A stretch of 64,000 nt of DNA from Carcharhinus longimanus (Eukaryota). The translations under genes and the position numbers were made by a program. Below are positions 25,344 through 39,100 of this stretch, piece by piece; the first letter of the stretch is position 1, and each line of letters opens with the position of its first letter. The stretch is taken from NCBI GenBank assembly GCA_030264375.1, contig JASCQW010000139.1:32908127-32972126 (forward strand). Reading direction: 5' to 3'. The notes under the pieces were generated by a model. That model worked only from the letters and a program-made list of their open reading frames with translations, did not search any database and was not told the DNA's origin.

Positions 25344-25525
25344 CTTAAGAACATAAGAAATAGGAGCAGGAGTAGGCCATCTAGCCCTTCAAGCCTGCCC
25401 CGCCATTCAATAAGATCATGGCTGATCTGTCGTGTCTCAGTTCCACATTCCCGCCCTCTCCCCATAACCTTTAATCCCCTCGCTTATCAAAAACCTATCA
25501 ACCCGCGTCTTAAATATATTTAGCG
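25344..25525 (-). mobile_element. Young 5'-truncated CR1 3' end
   Basis: Tail differs from the reverse complement of 1965-2047 at only about 3 of 83 positions; CpGs retained. Confidence 0.88.
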
Positions 25526-28500
25526 AATCCAAATGAATAAGTCTGAGTTGGATGGGTTTAATGTTTTGGCCAGGATCTGATCTCTTTCACAGGCTGACTG
25601 AGCTGCTTACGCTTGTATTTCTAATTTAGGATTCCAGTTTTATTGCTTTTATTTTCTCCTCAATGCATTATCTGGGATCTTAATGCAGAGATAAATCTGT
25701 TTAAATTCTAACTGAATGAGGTGCTGTGGAAAGAAGCAGGTTTGGTGAAATCAGATTAAATGTGCGATGTTCATTTCTTACTCAGACCAAAACTGGATGA
25801 GGATAGGACATTTCCCAAAAGAGGAAATGACCCAATTCTGTATATGGGCTAGTTTCATAAAAGGCAGCCATTGAATATGGACTTTATCTGTCCATTTCAC
25901 ACTAATAAAAATTTGCAAGGGCCCACTCAGAACATAGGAACGTAGAAACCAGACTACTAACCAGCCAACAGACACCTGCGGTCTTCTTGCAGATGCACAC
26001 CACGGACAGGTTTGAGCTGAACATCCCATGCAGCAGTGTGGAACATTGAGTTATTGAGTCACCCTTCAGGGCCCTTCAGCCCATTGAGTCTGCACCGACA
26101 CTTACCACAAAAATTCTACTTACCCTATAGAGCAGGAAGATTCCAGTTACAGCAAAAATTCCTGCCTGATGTTTCAGCGGCAAGTGTTTGAATCCAACTT
26201 GACCTCAACCATTAGTTGTTTGTCTGGGAAAAATTGGCTCCTAATTTCCCTTTCAGAGCCAAGGGTAATAATTAAGGGGTGTGGGGAATTTAGTAGAGGG
26301 AAGGACCTTATGGGATGATAAAAGATTGCTGGTATTCGGTTATAAAGTTCGGTCCTACAAACAACTGAAAGAGTACAATGTGCCAGCTGTATACTGATTG
26401 TTGTAAATCTGCCTGTACTTGGGTCACTTGCCTTAATCAGTACTTAACTATTCAGAGTAGTAAATTAGAGAGGCATGAAATGTCAAAAATGAAAACCTGT
26501 CATTTACTTCAACTCAGTTGTGACAGAATAATTGTTTCTTGGTTGATGTTTTCATACCCAAGATCCTTTTTTAAGAGCTAGTGCTTCCAGGCAAAGCAAT
26601 TAACTGCCAAGTTCTACAGAGGATAGTCTGGTGCCATAAGCATTAGGAACACCTGCCTCCCCCACACAGCATTGAGAGTTTGTGCCAGGACTACCTCACC
26701 GGGATCCTCCTCCTGAGAAACTGTCAGCTTAGGAAACAATCGAGCAAAATAATCGCTGCTCTTTCAGTTACCTTGCAGCTTTGATTGAATTTACCCAAAC
26801 TCAGTGAAGAATGGGCCCCAGAGATCTGATCCTTTAAAGGTGTTTATCTATTTACACTCTTGATTCTTCCAAAGAGAGTAACAAATGCCTGCTATAAACA
26901 GGACATTATCAAGATAAAGGAGGGGAACTGAAGGGAGCTTCCCATTGCACCCCTGTTTGACCAGTTAGAACTGGGAAAACATTGCTGAGAGACTATTGGA
27001 GCCCAGTCTCCTGGCATATCAGAATCAATTTGCGGGTGGGATTAAAACTTTGTGCATATGATTAGGCCCTTTCCAGCTACAGTAGTCTGTTTTAAAGTGC
27101 TTACCATAGTTATTTGGAGAAGACCTGAACAATGATTCATATCTCTGTTCAACACAGGTTCTGAGACAGGCTGTGCTTCCTACGTTAGGAAGTGTTGAAA
27201 GTGTTTTGGTCTATTTTCTTTGTCCTATTCTGTTCAGTTTTCTTTACTGAAGTGAGTTTTGTAGAATCTCCAGGGATTGACTTGCAGCAGTTGATTTGTG
27301 TTGTGGCTGGCTGGAAGTTCTCAAACCATAACGTCAATGCCTCCTTCTGCTTCTCACCCTTTTCCAGCCCTTCGCCACCAACTCCATCCTGCCCTTATCC
27401 TTCTCTAGTTGCCTTCCCAATTTTCTCTTCAGTAATGTACTTGAGTGGCTCCTTGCTGGAGCTGAGCAGCATTTTTGGAACAGTTGATGTATTGCACCTC
27501 AGTTGAGTTAATGAAACATCATTGAGAGCAGATGTTGTAAACCTTCAAGCCAAACTTTACTTGACACAAGTTACACAACTTTAGAGAATTGTTGAAAACT
27601 GTCTCCAGGGGCAGCATGATTCATATCAGATTAGCAGCTATATAGGATTTGCAATCTTTGTCCTGGGGCTATTCCACAGGACAAGGCTCCGTTAACTGCA
27701 GAAGCCAAACAGTAGCTTGTGCAGACACTGAATCAAAACAAAGCAATCTTTGTTTCAAGTTCTCCCCATTATTTATTGACTCCTTTTAATCCACTAGATT
27801 GAAACTGGGATGCGACAGGAGACCTGTTTAGCTTGGGTGCAGGCTGCAGGGAAGGGAAGCATCCCAGTTCAGTGCAATTGAGAAGAAGCTATTTTTTAAG
27901 GCTGTTTTCTCATTGTGGATAATGTAAAGGGTGTTTTGGCTGCATTTGTGTGGAGATGATGAGTACAGTGTACAGATGCAGTTGAATATGCCATATCAGC
28001 AAATTGGACTGTCATTCAATGAAGGAGGAGCATAACAGTTGAGGTGGTGGTGAGATTGGAGATGGGATGTATTTATAGGGATATTAATATGTGGGAGTGA
28101 ACTGGGTTGAAAGAAGCAAGGGCAATATTGAATTGGTGGCAACAGGAAAATTGTTTTAATTCTGTTTATTTTCCCCCTCCATCCCTGTTCCCTATAAAGT
28201 GACTTGAGTCATCAAAGGTCAGGTGCAACTGCAGTTTGTCATCTCCCCCTCTCCTCCAACCCATGTTGAAACCAACTTATTGTCAGGTCAGATCTGTTGA
28301 GGCTGTTTAAAAAGAAGTTTCTGTTTTAATTTTAAACATAAAGTCCAAATGATCTAATTATGGCTAAAAAAGAAAGGATCAAAGGACAGAAAAATTAGGG
28401 TTGTCAGTGGTCTTTCTTGGGTCTGTGTTGATGGGTAATTGCAGTGTCTTGCTCCAAGGGATGCGTGGTAGTGTTTTGGGTGGTTCTTGGGTCAGTGAGG

Positions 28501-30574
28501 CTGTCTATGGGCTCTATGAATCCATGGGTGGAAAGGTGATGTGTTTGTCTTTCCCAGTAACATTCCATGGGTGGAATTTCTTGGCCATTTTAACCTACTC
28601 CCTAAGAGCAAAAATGCATCCAAACAGTTGGCATTTTATGATATTGGCTGATCACTTTGGGGATGTGAATGTGCAGGAGAATATTTTGATGCAGTGCAGC
28701 CTGATTAAATTTGGGAACCACTATTCTTATGCCTACTAGTTGTGCTTTTGGTGGTAGCTGATGCTCAGCATTCTGAGTGAGGTGATCAACAGTTGCTGCA
28801 ATAAAATGTGCCAATTGTTTCCTCTAGTGCCGGCTCACAACCCAGAAAATTTAATGAATAGTGCTATCATTGGCCAACCTCTTCGTTACCCCCTCTATTT
28901 CCCTAAAGACTGTGAAAATAAACATGTTGTTCTTTAATTACTATTTTGTGAAAGAATGTTTGGTACCCAAGATATTTGCTCATCTATATACTGTGGCTTC
29001 CCAGTCCTCCTGTAATGGAGCAGTTTGCATTGGAATGGGTCAGCAGCAAACAATCCCTGCTCAGTTGTTGTAATATTTTATCTGTCTGTAGCCACAGATC
29101 TTCCTCCATTTAACCATTCACATTTACCATTGCCCTAATGGCAATTTGCACCTGAAGCAAGAATTCAGCCTACCTTGTGGGTAGTGCTTACCGTGTGCCT
29201 CTGGAGGATTGTGGGTCACTTCTGCCTCCGAAGGCAAATCTAGCTGCTGACCTCTTGCTAATGTAAACAGGATCAGACTGCAGACTTTACCCAGAACTGG
29301 TTTGTCCATCGAATGCTGGAGTCAATGAGACCAGTCATTTTACAATTAATTTTGCTGTCAGCCACTTAATTTTTTTTTATTCCGCCAATGTAGCACCTGT
29401 CAGCTGCAACGTCGCAGTGCACAGCCTAGTGTGGGCAAAATAAATCTTGCACTTTTTTCTTCACCTGAACCCCCAGCAATCCACAAACTCCCCCATCCCT
29501 CACTGGGTCCGTGTAATAAAGTTTCCTCAGGAATCCCAGGTCATTACATTGCAATCTTTTTTCCTAAAACAGGTGCCTTGGGGGAGAAGATTTCTAAATA
29601 CAGAACATTCCAGAGAGTATTTACATCAGGCATGTCTACCAACCACCCTCCATCTTCAGAAGGATCCATGGTCCATTAGATTAGCTAGCACAAGAAAGCA
29701 GCATGTCGCTTCAGCAACTATCTAAACAGTGCCAGAGAAGCCTGCAGAGTGAGCAAGTGAGCGGGAAAGGAGTGACTGATATGCTGCCAAGGAAAACAGT
29801 CCCTCTGTTTACTAGGCAGGTCACGTAGGGGTACAGGAAGGCCATAGGTCTCCATTTAAAGAAGCTTGAAAACTCAGCAGCTGTCACAGTGTAGCCTCCC
29901 CCCCCTGCCCCTGCAGCCCTGGCGCTGACTGTGAAGCACAACTCTGACTGCAAATGTGTCACAGTGGTGAAGATTAAAGAAACCTCAGCAAGCCCCACCC
30001 AGACTCGGGGCCATACAATAGCCTAATTACACAAAATTTCTCACATAGTTCAGGAATAGGCAGCAACAGCTGCATCTGAGTGCTTTCAAGAGCCGAATGG
30101 AACAAGTTCTAAACCGTGTGAGATTTGTTATTTGCGAGGGAAAGTATTTCAGCTTTCAGCATGACGCATTCCTCTTCATGAGAGTCCCAGTGTGGTTCCA
30201 CAGCCACCTAGAGAAAGTTAAGGCTGACGGTTGAGTTGCAAGGAGGAGGTTTTATGGATTTTTACCTCCTTGTCGTCTGTAGTCGGCTTTGCTTCGTTTC
30301 CATGGCAGCACTGTCCCATGTAGGTGTGCTGCAGTGACGGACAGGACTTTGTTTAGTTCCTTTCCTGTTGCCTGGATGCACGTGACCGACTACAGCAAAT
30401 GCAGCCCCAGCTCTATGTTGGCTCTTGATTCAAATTTCTTTTAAACTGAATCAAAGTTTTAAATTTTTTCTTTAAATTAAGCCTTTCCTGACCTGGCTTT
30501 CTTCGGATGGCACCTCACACTGGGAGCCATGACATCCTCTAGAATCACCAAAACAGATAAAGTCTTGCATTTAA

Positions 30575-30866
30575 GTTTTTAAGTTTACTTATTTGTTATA
30601 AATAGGCTTACATTAACATTGCAATGAAGTTATTGTGAAAATCCCCTAGCCGCCACACTTTGGCACGGAGGGAGAATTTAGCATGGCTGATGTACCTAAT
30701 TAGCACCTCTTTCAGACTGAGGGGGGAAACTGGGGCACCCAGAGGAAACCCATGCAGACACGGGGTGAATGTGCAGACTCCACACAGACAGTGACCCAAG
30801 TTAAGAACCGAACCCAGGTCCCTGGACTTGTGAGGCAGCAATGCTAACCACTGTCACTGTGCTGCT
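30575..30866 (-). mobile_element. tRNA-derived V-SINE with a Rex1-like tail, inserted in a Deu-SINE
   Basis: Reverse complement cagtggttagcattgctgcctcac...gggttcggttc...gtcactgtctgtgtggagtctgcac; same family as 63690. Confidence 0.8.
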
Positions 30867-30869
30867 CAA

Positions 30870-31175
30870 ATTTAACTTTCACAACCTCAGCAAATCCCAG
30901 AGTGCTGTCCAGCCAATGATGTACTTTTGAAGTGTAGTCACTGTTGTAATTTAGAACCAATTAATGCATGGCAAGCTTCCATCAGCAGCAATGTGATAAT
31001 AACCAGATCATCAGTAGAGTGCCAGGTACTAGCTAGGGCATATAGAAAACTTGCATGCTGAATACTGCCAAGGGATCTTTTACATCCATCTGAAAGGACA
31101 GACAGGGCTTTTTAAACATCCTATCTGAAAGACAGCACCTCAGACAGTGTGGCACTCCATGTGTATTGCACTGCA
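30870..31175 (-). mobile_element. Deu-domain SINE body
   Basis: gccaagggatcttttacatccatctga...tttaaacatcctatctgaaagacagcacctcagacagtgtggcactcc (Deu core, reverse). Confidence 0.65.
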
Positions 31176-32779
31176 CAAAATGGGAGAGCAAGATTAGGAA
31201 ACCTAGCTGATTTATTTTCACTCTGAACACATCTATTCCTCCAGATGTGATCAGCTAATTCAACACCAAATTAGGAATCCCAATACGCAATTTCCTCATC
31301 TCTGGTTACGTATCACACCTGTTCTTGTATTCCCTAGGCCACCTGTAGAGCTACTTCACTTTATTTCCATTTCTATCCCCACTCCCATCTGTTTGTCCGT
31401 CTCTCTCATGCTGTCATTGTCTTGAGCACTTCTGAACGTTTAGCACTATGCAAATGTAATTTGTGTCTCTTCTGTATAAGCTCTGCTTTTGAGGGTGATC
31501 CTCTTCAATTCGCAATATGCTGTTATTTAATTACTTGCCCTGAAAAATTCCTTTTCCCAAACTTTCTTCCTTGCACGTCCAGGAATGAGACATTAAATTC
31601 GACTTGGGAAAGTTTACTCGTACCAGTTGGAGCAAGATGCCAGGGAATAGACCCACAGGCTTCCTAATGGTTTAAACAGAAGTAGATTTGAAGTTAAGAT
31701 TGCACGTCAATGGCAAAATGTTGTCTAGGGAAATAAAAGCAGCCAGTGTTGATTTTTGGTGGCAGGGGGCTGCAGAAGCATATAAATTGAACTACTGTGG
31801 ATGAAAATCTCTGCAAATAGTAGTTGATTTAAAGCAGTGTTAAAGAAGAATTCAAAGACACAGCGGTGAGATTTGTCCGGTGGACCAACAAGTAGGAGAA
31901 CGAGAACAGGCAGCATGTGGGGACCGGGAAGCTTCTTGTTGGAGATGGTGTCCTCCTTGCACTGCATATACTCCTTCACAGAAAAGTAGCACACTGAGTG
32001 TTAGAGGAAAGGGAGTTGCAGGGAGAACTCGGAGGTAGTGCACAAATGGTGACATTGTCAATAATGAATCAGTCCCATGGATAGATGGACCAGCTTGCAG
32101 GATGAACTAAATGTACCACACAAGAAACAGGATGCTGAACACTGGTAAATTTGTTTTAACTGTGATTGAAACAGTGAGTGATAATACTGAGTAAATAGGA
32201 ATCTTGGGACATCCCTCCTCATTAAAGTCAGGTTCCTGCACATGGACATTGATATTGCTGCCAGTGAAGAGAGAGTTTTTTAACAAGACTGCTATGTGCT
32301 GCCCTAGATGCCGTGTTCAGAAGCGGGAGCCACATTTTTATACACGTCACCACGGAGCAGGCTGAAGAATAAAGGCCAGTGTTGTTTCACGACTTAGTGG
32401 TAAAATATAGGCAACTACAAAGAGCTTTAAAACACAATGGGAACAGTAGAAACTTCAATAATTGTGGTGGGATCTTTATTGGAGATGTGGGTTTTTTTTT
32501 GAGGATATGAATTGTCATATCTCTGTTTGTAATATTTTCAGGAGAGATGACTGTGTGGCAGAAAAAGACCCAATCACAATAATGGATGTTGCAGGGATTG
32601 TATTAAGACTGAATGTATATAGAAAATGTTAAGAAATACAACGAGAATTGGTACAGTGTTTGCTGAGCATTACAGCCCATCAACAAAAAAATAGTAAAAG
32701 TCAACAATAAGGGTGCTGAACTGGGAAACAGTCAAAATGCAGAAATGACCAGAATCTGGACTTCTTAATTATTCATTTA

Positions 32780-33230
32780 TAAGTTCATAAGATTTAAGAG
32801 CAGAATTAGGTCATTTGGCCCATCGAATCCACTCTGACATTCAACCATGGCTGATATGCCTCTCATCCCCATTTTCCTGCCTTCTCTCCATAATTGGTAA
32901 TGGGTTGAAAGGTTAAGAATCTGTCTAAATCCTCCTCAAATTTACTCACTGTCCCAGCATCCACCGCACATTGGGGTATTTATAGGACATGGGCATCGCT
33001 GGCTAGCTAGCATTTACTGCCCATCCTTGGTTGCCCTTGAGAGGGTGGTGTTGAGCTGCCACCTTGAAATGCTGCAGTCCACGTGCTGTGAGTTGACCCA
33101 CAATGCCATTAAGGAGGAAATTCCGTAATTTTGACCCAGCGACTGTGAAGAAATAGTGATATATTTCCAAGTCAGGATGGTGAGTAGCTTGGAGGGGAAC
33201 TTGCAGATAGTAGTGTTCCCATGTATCTGA
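32780..33230 (-). mobile_element. CR1 3' end (32780-32980) joined to a family B LINE 3' end (32985-33230)
   Basis: cataagatttaagagcagaattaggtcatttggcccatcg; minus ORF FFTVAGSKLRNFLLNGIVGQLTARGLQHFKVAAQHHPLKGN. Confidence 0.75.
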
Positions 33231-33299
33231 ATGAACTGGATTGAAAAATTTGCAAAATTGACAGGTTAGCAGTGAAAGTTCTTCAACTTTGAGAAGCAT

Positions 33300-34960
33300 A
33301 GACTATAAATACATCCCATTAAAGCAAAATAAAACCCAGATCAAAGTATGGTGTTTCATGGATAAATTGCTGCTAAAGTGAAACTTAAAAGGGAGGCATA
33401 TGATGGAAGTAGAACTAACAATATTAAGATCATCATGAGGAATGTAGAAATTATAACAAGGAGATGAAAGGGAAGCTTAGAAAAGCGAAGAGGACATTAA
33501 AAAAGTTAGCAGTTAAAATAAAATGGTAGGACTTTTTACAGGCATTATAACCTAAAATAAGAGAGCTCATGTGAGGCAGGGAATCTGATTGGGAAACGTA
33601 ATTTGCATTGGTTTAAAAATGTTAGAAATCAGAATGTAGATGTATTCAAAGAGGATGTGAATGTTTAATGCAGGGAAATTGTAGAAAAGGGCTTGATTCA
33701 GAAACAATTAGCAGATCCTCAAGATGGTTAAGCCATCAGACTCTTGGTGACATGCAGTCTTGGCTTTTGAAAGAAATCAAAGAAAGAAAGAAGCAGAGGG
33801 TCTGGCCACAATTTTTAAATCCTCGTTAACTCTACAATTTGAACTGGTGGAGTTAGTATAACACATTTGGAGAGAATGATAAGTCAGAAAACTATAAATG
33901 TCAGCTGTGGGCAAACTTCTGAAATCTGTAATTTGAAATAATATCAACAAGCGGTTAGAAGCACATGGATTACTAAAAGACAGATTTGTGAAAAGAAAAC
34001 TGTTTAGCAAATTTACTTGAATTTTTGTAGAAGTGAATTTTTGAATAGATGTAGTTGTGAATTTTCAGAAGTCATTGATAAAGTATCGCTGAAAACATTT
34101 AGAAAAATGTGTACATAGCAAGATGAAACACAGCAGCAAGGAAAAATATAGTTAACTGGTTGTTGCTCAGACTGGAGATGGGTTAGGAGTGAAATGCTCC
34201 TGGTGTCAATGCTGGCTCTACTTTTGCTTTCAATAAGTGCCAGCAGATTTAATTCAGAGTCCAAACAAAATCTCAAAATTTACCAATGATATAAAAGCAT
34301 AATGTTTGATAAATAGCAGGAAGTCTTGTAGAACCTTTCAGAAATGCATAGAATAATGAGCAAACAGATAAATTATGCAACTCATTGTGGATATGCATGA
34401 GGTAATACCTTTGGGAATCTCAACTCCATGAAAGATGCTGAAAGGTGTGCATGTACAGAGATCTAGGGGTTCAAATGTATAATTTCCTGGAAGCGACAAT
34501 GCAGGTAGATAAAGTCATAAAAGGCAAACAACATTTATAATTTTATTCATAGGAGCAGAGAGGTCAAGAGTAAAGAATTAATGCCTAATTTGTGCAAACC
34601 CCACAGTTCACAGAGTAGCATGAATTCTCCAAAATAATGCCAGGTATAGACTAGCAAAGTTGAGAGACCTCAAATACTGGGAGTGTTACTACTATAGCAA
34701 AACAAATCAAGTGGAGAACTAATCATGCTTATTAAGATTAAGTTTTGAAAATGACTGGGGCATAGCAGTTTTTTCTTGAGGAGTCAGTGATAAGAGTTCA
34801 TCATTAAATGAATGAGGAGAGAGATTAGAGGGAATTTCTACATGGTAAGCGTTGTTGGAGCATGGAGTGCTTCTCTGCCATGAGAAGTCGAGACAGATTG
34901 CTGCCTCTTAGGCGAAAAGTGGATGATTATTTGAAACAGGGGAATGGGGTGGGATCATTA
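33300..34960 (+). mobile_element. Highly decayed CR1 ORF2
   Basis: Colinear remnants: EEAEGLATIF, VGKLLKSVI, EFSEVIDKV, DLGVQ, and a 3' ggaatttctac..gttggagcatggagtgct segment. Confidence 0.55.
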
Positions 34961-37900
34961 GTTTTGGATTGTGAAACCTGCTGCTGATGCTGAGCAGCAG
35001 TTCTATCAAGGTATGGAAGTATCTTCAACAAGCACACATTCATGTCATGGTGGATGTCTGTCCTAGCTTGGGTACTTCACTTTCATTGATGTATGCTGAA
35101 TGTCCAGCTTCTCATAAGTAGGTTGACTTAACATGCTTTCAGTGCTACAGAAGGAACAGTGCTGTGTTCATTGGAGAAATCACAACCTGAGCCCTTGCCC
35201 CCTTAAGTGCCCAGAACCCTCACCTCTTTTAGTAAAATTGAAGCACAGAATAGTCCAGCACAAAATAAATCTATATTATAATATTTAATTGTAAGCAGGT
35301 AGCAGGCATTGGCAGAGGATTTACTTCTGTTGCTTTAGTGGGAAAGACTGAAATCGTGATAGTTGAGATAGGAGGTGCATGTTTGCAATGTATATCTTTG
35401 CAAATGAATGCTTAAAAGAGTGTAAAGATTGACTCTAGTTCTATCCTCCTTCATCTGGCTTTCTGGAACGGAACAGGTTCTCGAGTCCATTGAGTTTGCT
35501 GCTCTTGTGAAGCGTAATCCAGTAAATTCTAGTGCCCAATTCTTTGTTCTCATCCCCACAACTTTTTTCTGCTTTGAGTATTTATCTGATTGTATTTTTG
35601 AAAACTACGATTGAACTCATACCCCCCTATCAGACATTATGAAGCTGTATACCACATAACATCACTTGGAATACCATTAACCTCAGATCACCAAAGCTGT
35701 GTTTACAGCAGCACTATTCAAATAACCTCACCACTCTGGGGCTCCACTGATTTTCCTAACCTTCTCCCAACACAACTGGTTTGGAACAACTACTCACCAT
35801 TTTCCTTCTCTTGTTTCAGTTTCACCATTTTATATATTTAAGTAAATGATCAATGTTTCTGTCAAAGCTTGGTGCTGAGAGTGTTCCTGCCACTTTCCTC
35901 TACACCTTTCTGTCCATTTAAAGCAACTCCAGTGGCAAGCAGGATCTACATATGCAATTAGCATGACCCATTGTTTCCACCTTTACTTTTCTGACTGCTT
36001 TTGGGTCCTGCTTTTGCAAGATTTCCCTCTTGTGAGGGATTGATTTTACTTTCCTGCTTTCCTCTCTCTGGGCCCTCTTGCTGTCGCCAACAAGGTGCCT
36101 GGCAGGTTCCCATCTGAATGTTTCATTTGACAACAAGCTCTGGGTTCATTGTTTTGTGGTTTCCATTTGTACCGTTAAGTCAAACAGGATTGTTATGTTG
36201 CAAATATAGAGGAGTTGGGAGAGAATGATCATAAGTCAAACTGTATGCAGTCATGGATTAATATTGTATATGTAGCCTAAACAATGAAAAAATATTAGAA
36301 ATAGTATTGTCAGTTTAGTTTTAATGTTAACCTTTGTAAATTAATTGATTCATGAGCGATCAGATGGGTCACATGATTGATTTGCTGCTGACTAACGTCT
36401 GCCAATCCAGCCATTGGTAAGAAGCAAGCCAATCCTAGGGCTGGATTGATAGTGCTGGGAGAAGCCATGGGGCACAGCAGATATCCAGTGGGGCAGGCCT
36501 GCGTTATGCCACAATGCTTTAACCTTTGCCATAGGAAACACTGCCGCAGTTAACGTGATGAGTGAAGCTTGTGCTTACTGAAAACCCATTTGAATCTCAG
36601 CAGGAAGCCATGTGTAAAAAGAAAAATGGGTTAATGGATCCTGCATGCAACATTACTGCTTTCCAGACCATCTTTAGAAGGCGCCAGATCATACGGACAC
36701 CAGTCACTGAGATGCGAGTTGGATATGGTCAGTCATGGAGGACAGCTAAATTTCTCATCTTTTTCAAAGAGATTCAGTATAATGAAGAAGAGACGTGGAG
36801 AAAGAATGGAAAATTCTGATTACACGCTTAGTAGAGATTATTGCAGACTATTTTGCTAATTAGTTCTTCCAGATTTAAAATATCTTTCTTTATTAGAACA
36901 AAGTGTTGTGGTATTAAAGCAAATTCTTCTGGTTTTCATAGCAGCCCCTGTGAATGTGGTTTTTATGCAGTTTTTTAAGGCTGTACGTCCTTTCATTCAG
37001 CTTCAATCAGTACCGTTAAATCACGTCACTTTTGAAATCCTTACAAAGAATTCTTTTGTGTGCTTTTTTTTCTAGTCCCTGACTTGCCTGATCCTGCCCT
37101 TTTCTTATTTCTGTTACAATTCAGGAATTTATTCAAAAGCTGTTCATTTAACATATCTGCTATGGGGCAACATGCAGCCTGGTCCCCTTCAGTGCTTATC
37201 ATCCATTGGCACAAGACTTGATGTAGAATCTCCAGTTCATTTCTGAAGGATAGAGTGTGCAATTGTAAAAAAGATTTTGTTCAAAGTATTTACCTTCCTT
37301 TTACCTTGTCTCCAAAAGACTCCATACTGCAGCCAAGATCTGTTATCAGACTGTATTTTGAGTACCATCCTAGAGCGCTGCCCTTCACCTACAGGGAAGA
37401 ACTGAGGTGAGTCAACCCCCGCATGCGACTCGCAACTGAGAAGTGGCATGTAGAGGAAAAGACAGGCACGCTCCATAATCCTCCCACTCCCATGATGGAT
37501 GTACTCAGTATTGTCTGAAATGTTGCAAATGCAGTTCAACTGCTTTCAAACAAGTGTGACTACAGCTATGTTTTCAGACAGTACAACACAAGAACTTTGG
37601 AGTGGGGAAGTTTTATTGTCCAATGTGAGGTATGTCAGTATTAAATAGGAATCCTGCATATTGCATTAAAATTATTTGAGCACCACAAGGACACTTGAGA
37701 TTCTTCGAAAACAGGATTCATTCGTAGTGATGCCTGGTCCCACATTTATGTACAGCATTTGAATCAATAGCTACAGCACAAGGATTTCACAATTTATAGG
37801 AACAGGAAAAGGCTATTCCTTCATACAGATCTCAATCCCACCAGATCTATCATTTCACCATATCCCTTAAACTCATCTTTCTATAGGCATTCCATTCTCT

Positions 37901-38084
37901 CTTGTTCCATTTCTCTCTCTCACTTTCCTTTAGTATTTTGCTCCTTTGCCAGTTACCCTTAAACGCATTGAACTGCAGCATCCACTAACCACCCCTTCAT
38001 CTAAAATTGTCCATCTAAATTTCTAACTTGATATTTTCATTCAGACATTTATCAGAACTGTACCTTGTGAACCTTTTAATGGCA

Positions 38085-39100
38085 ACAAATCGGCAAAGGG
38101 GCCAATTGGGGACTACAAATTATATCTTACGGACAAGGTATGGATGAGGTGCTAAATGAATACTTTGGATCCGTCTTTGCAGATAGAATAGGATAAAGAG
38201 ATGGTAGTTAAAAAGTTGGCGTTGCTGAAAGCAGAATATTCACTTAGCCTGGCTGCGATGTTCTCCAGGTTACTGAGAAAAGTATGGGTAGAAACTATAG
38301 AAGTTCAGGTCACAATCTTTCAGTGCTTCCCATGAGGGAGATTCTGAAGGCCGGCAAGTTTCACCCCTTTGCAGGAAAGCAGAGGAGGATAAATCTGGCA
38401 ATTAAAGGCTAGTCGGCTTATCATCAGTGGGGGAAACCTTTGAGACAATCAGGACAAAGTAAGTTTTTGAAGAGGTATGGCCTAATAAAAGGCAATTTGT
38501 TAAATGCAAATTATGTTTGATCATTTGATTGAGTTCTTTGTAGTAGCAGCAAAGTTTAATAGGAGTATTATGTTAGTTGCATATGTGAAGTTTAATAAGG
38601 GGTATGATTAAGTACCACAAAATAGACTTGTTAGCAAGGTTGAAGCTTATTGGTATTAAAGGGGCCGGTGGCAACCTGGGTATGAAATTGGCTAAGGGAC
38701 TAAAAGCATAATGATCAATTGTTTCAGACTGGAGAGAAGTGTACAGTTGTCTTCTCTTGGGTGGTTGATGTTGGGCCCACTGTTACGTTTGAGATATCTT
38801 GGTAATCTGGATTTAGAGACACAGAGAATACTGTCAAAGTTTGACAGATGACTTTGGGAAATGTAATAACGAAGGGGATAAGTATAGACTTTAGGGGAAC
38901 TGAAATGGACAGACAAATGGAATACTAAATTTAATGCAGGGAAGTATGAAATTATACATTTTGATGGTAAGAATGAAGAGGGTTAATATAAATGATCCAG
39001 TTGTAAAGGAGTAGAGTGGGGGCAGTGGGAATTCAGAGACTGATGATGTATGTAAAAAAAAAACTTTGAAAGTGGCAGCACAAGTTGAAAACATGTGTAA
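38085..39100 (+). mobile_element. Decayed CR1 ORF2
   Basis: EVLNEYFGSVF, DKSGN*RLVGLSSVG, LIEFF, LGPLL, KW..KFNAGKYEIIHF remnants. Confidence 0.65.
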
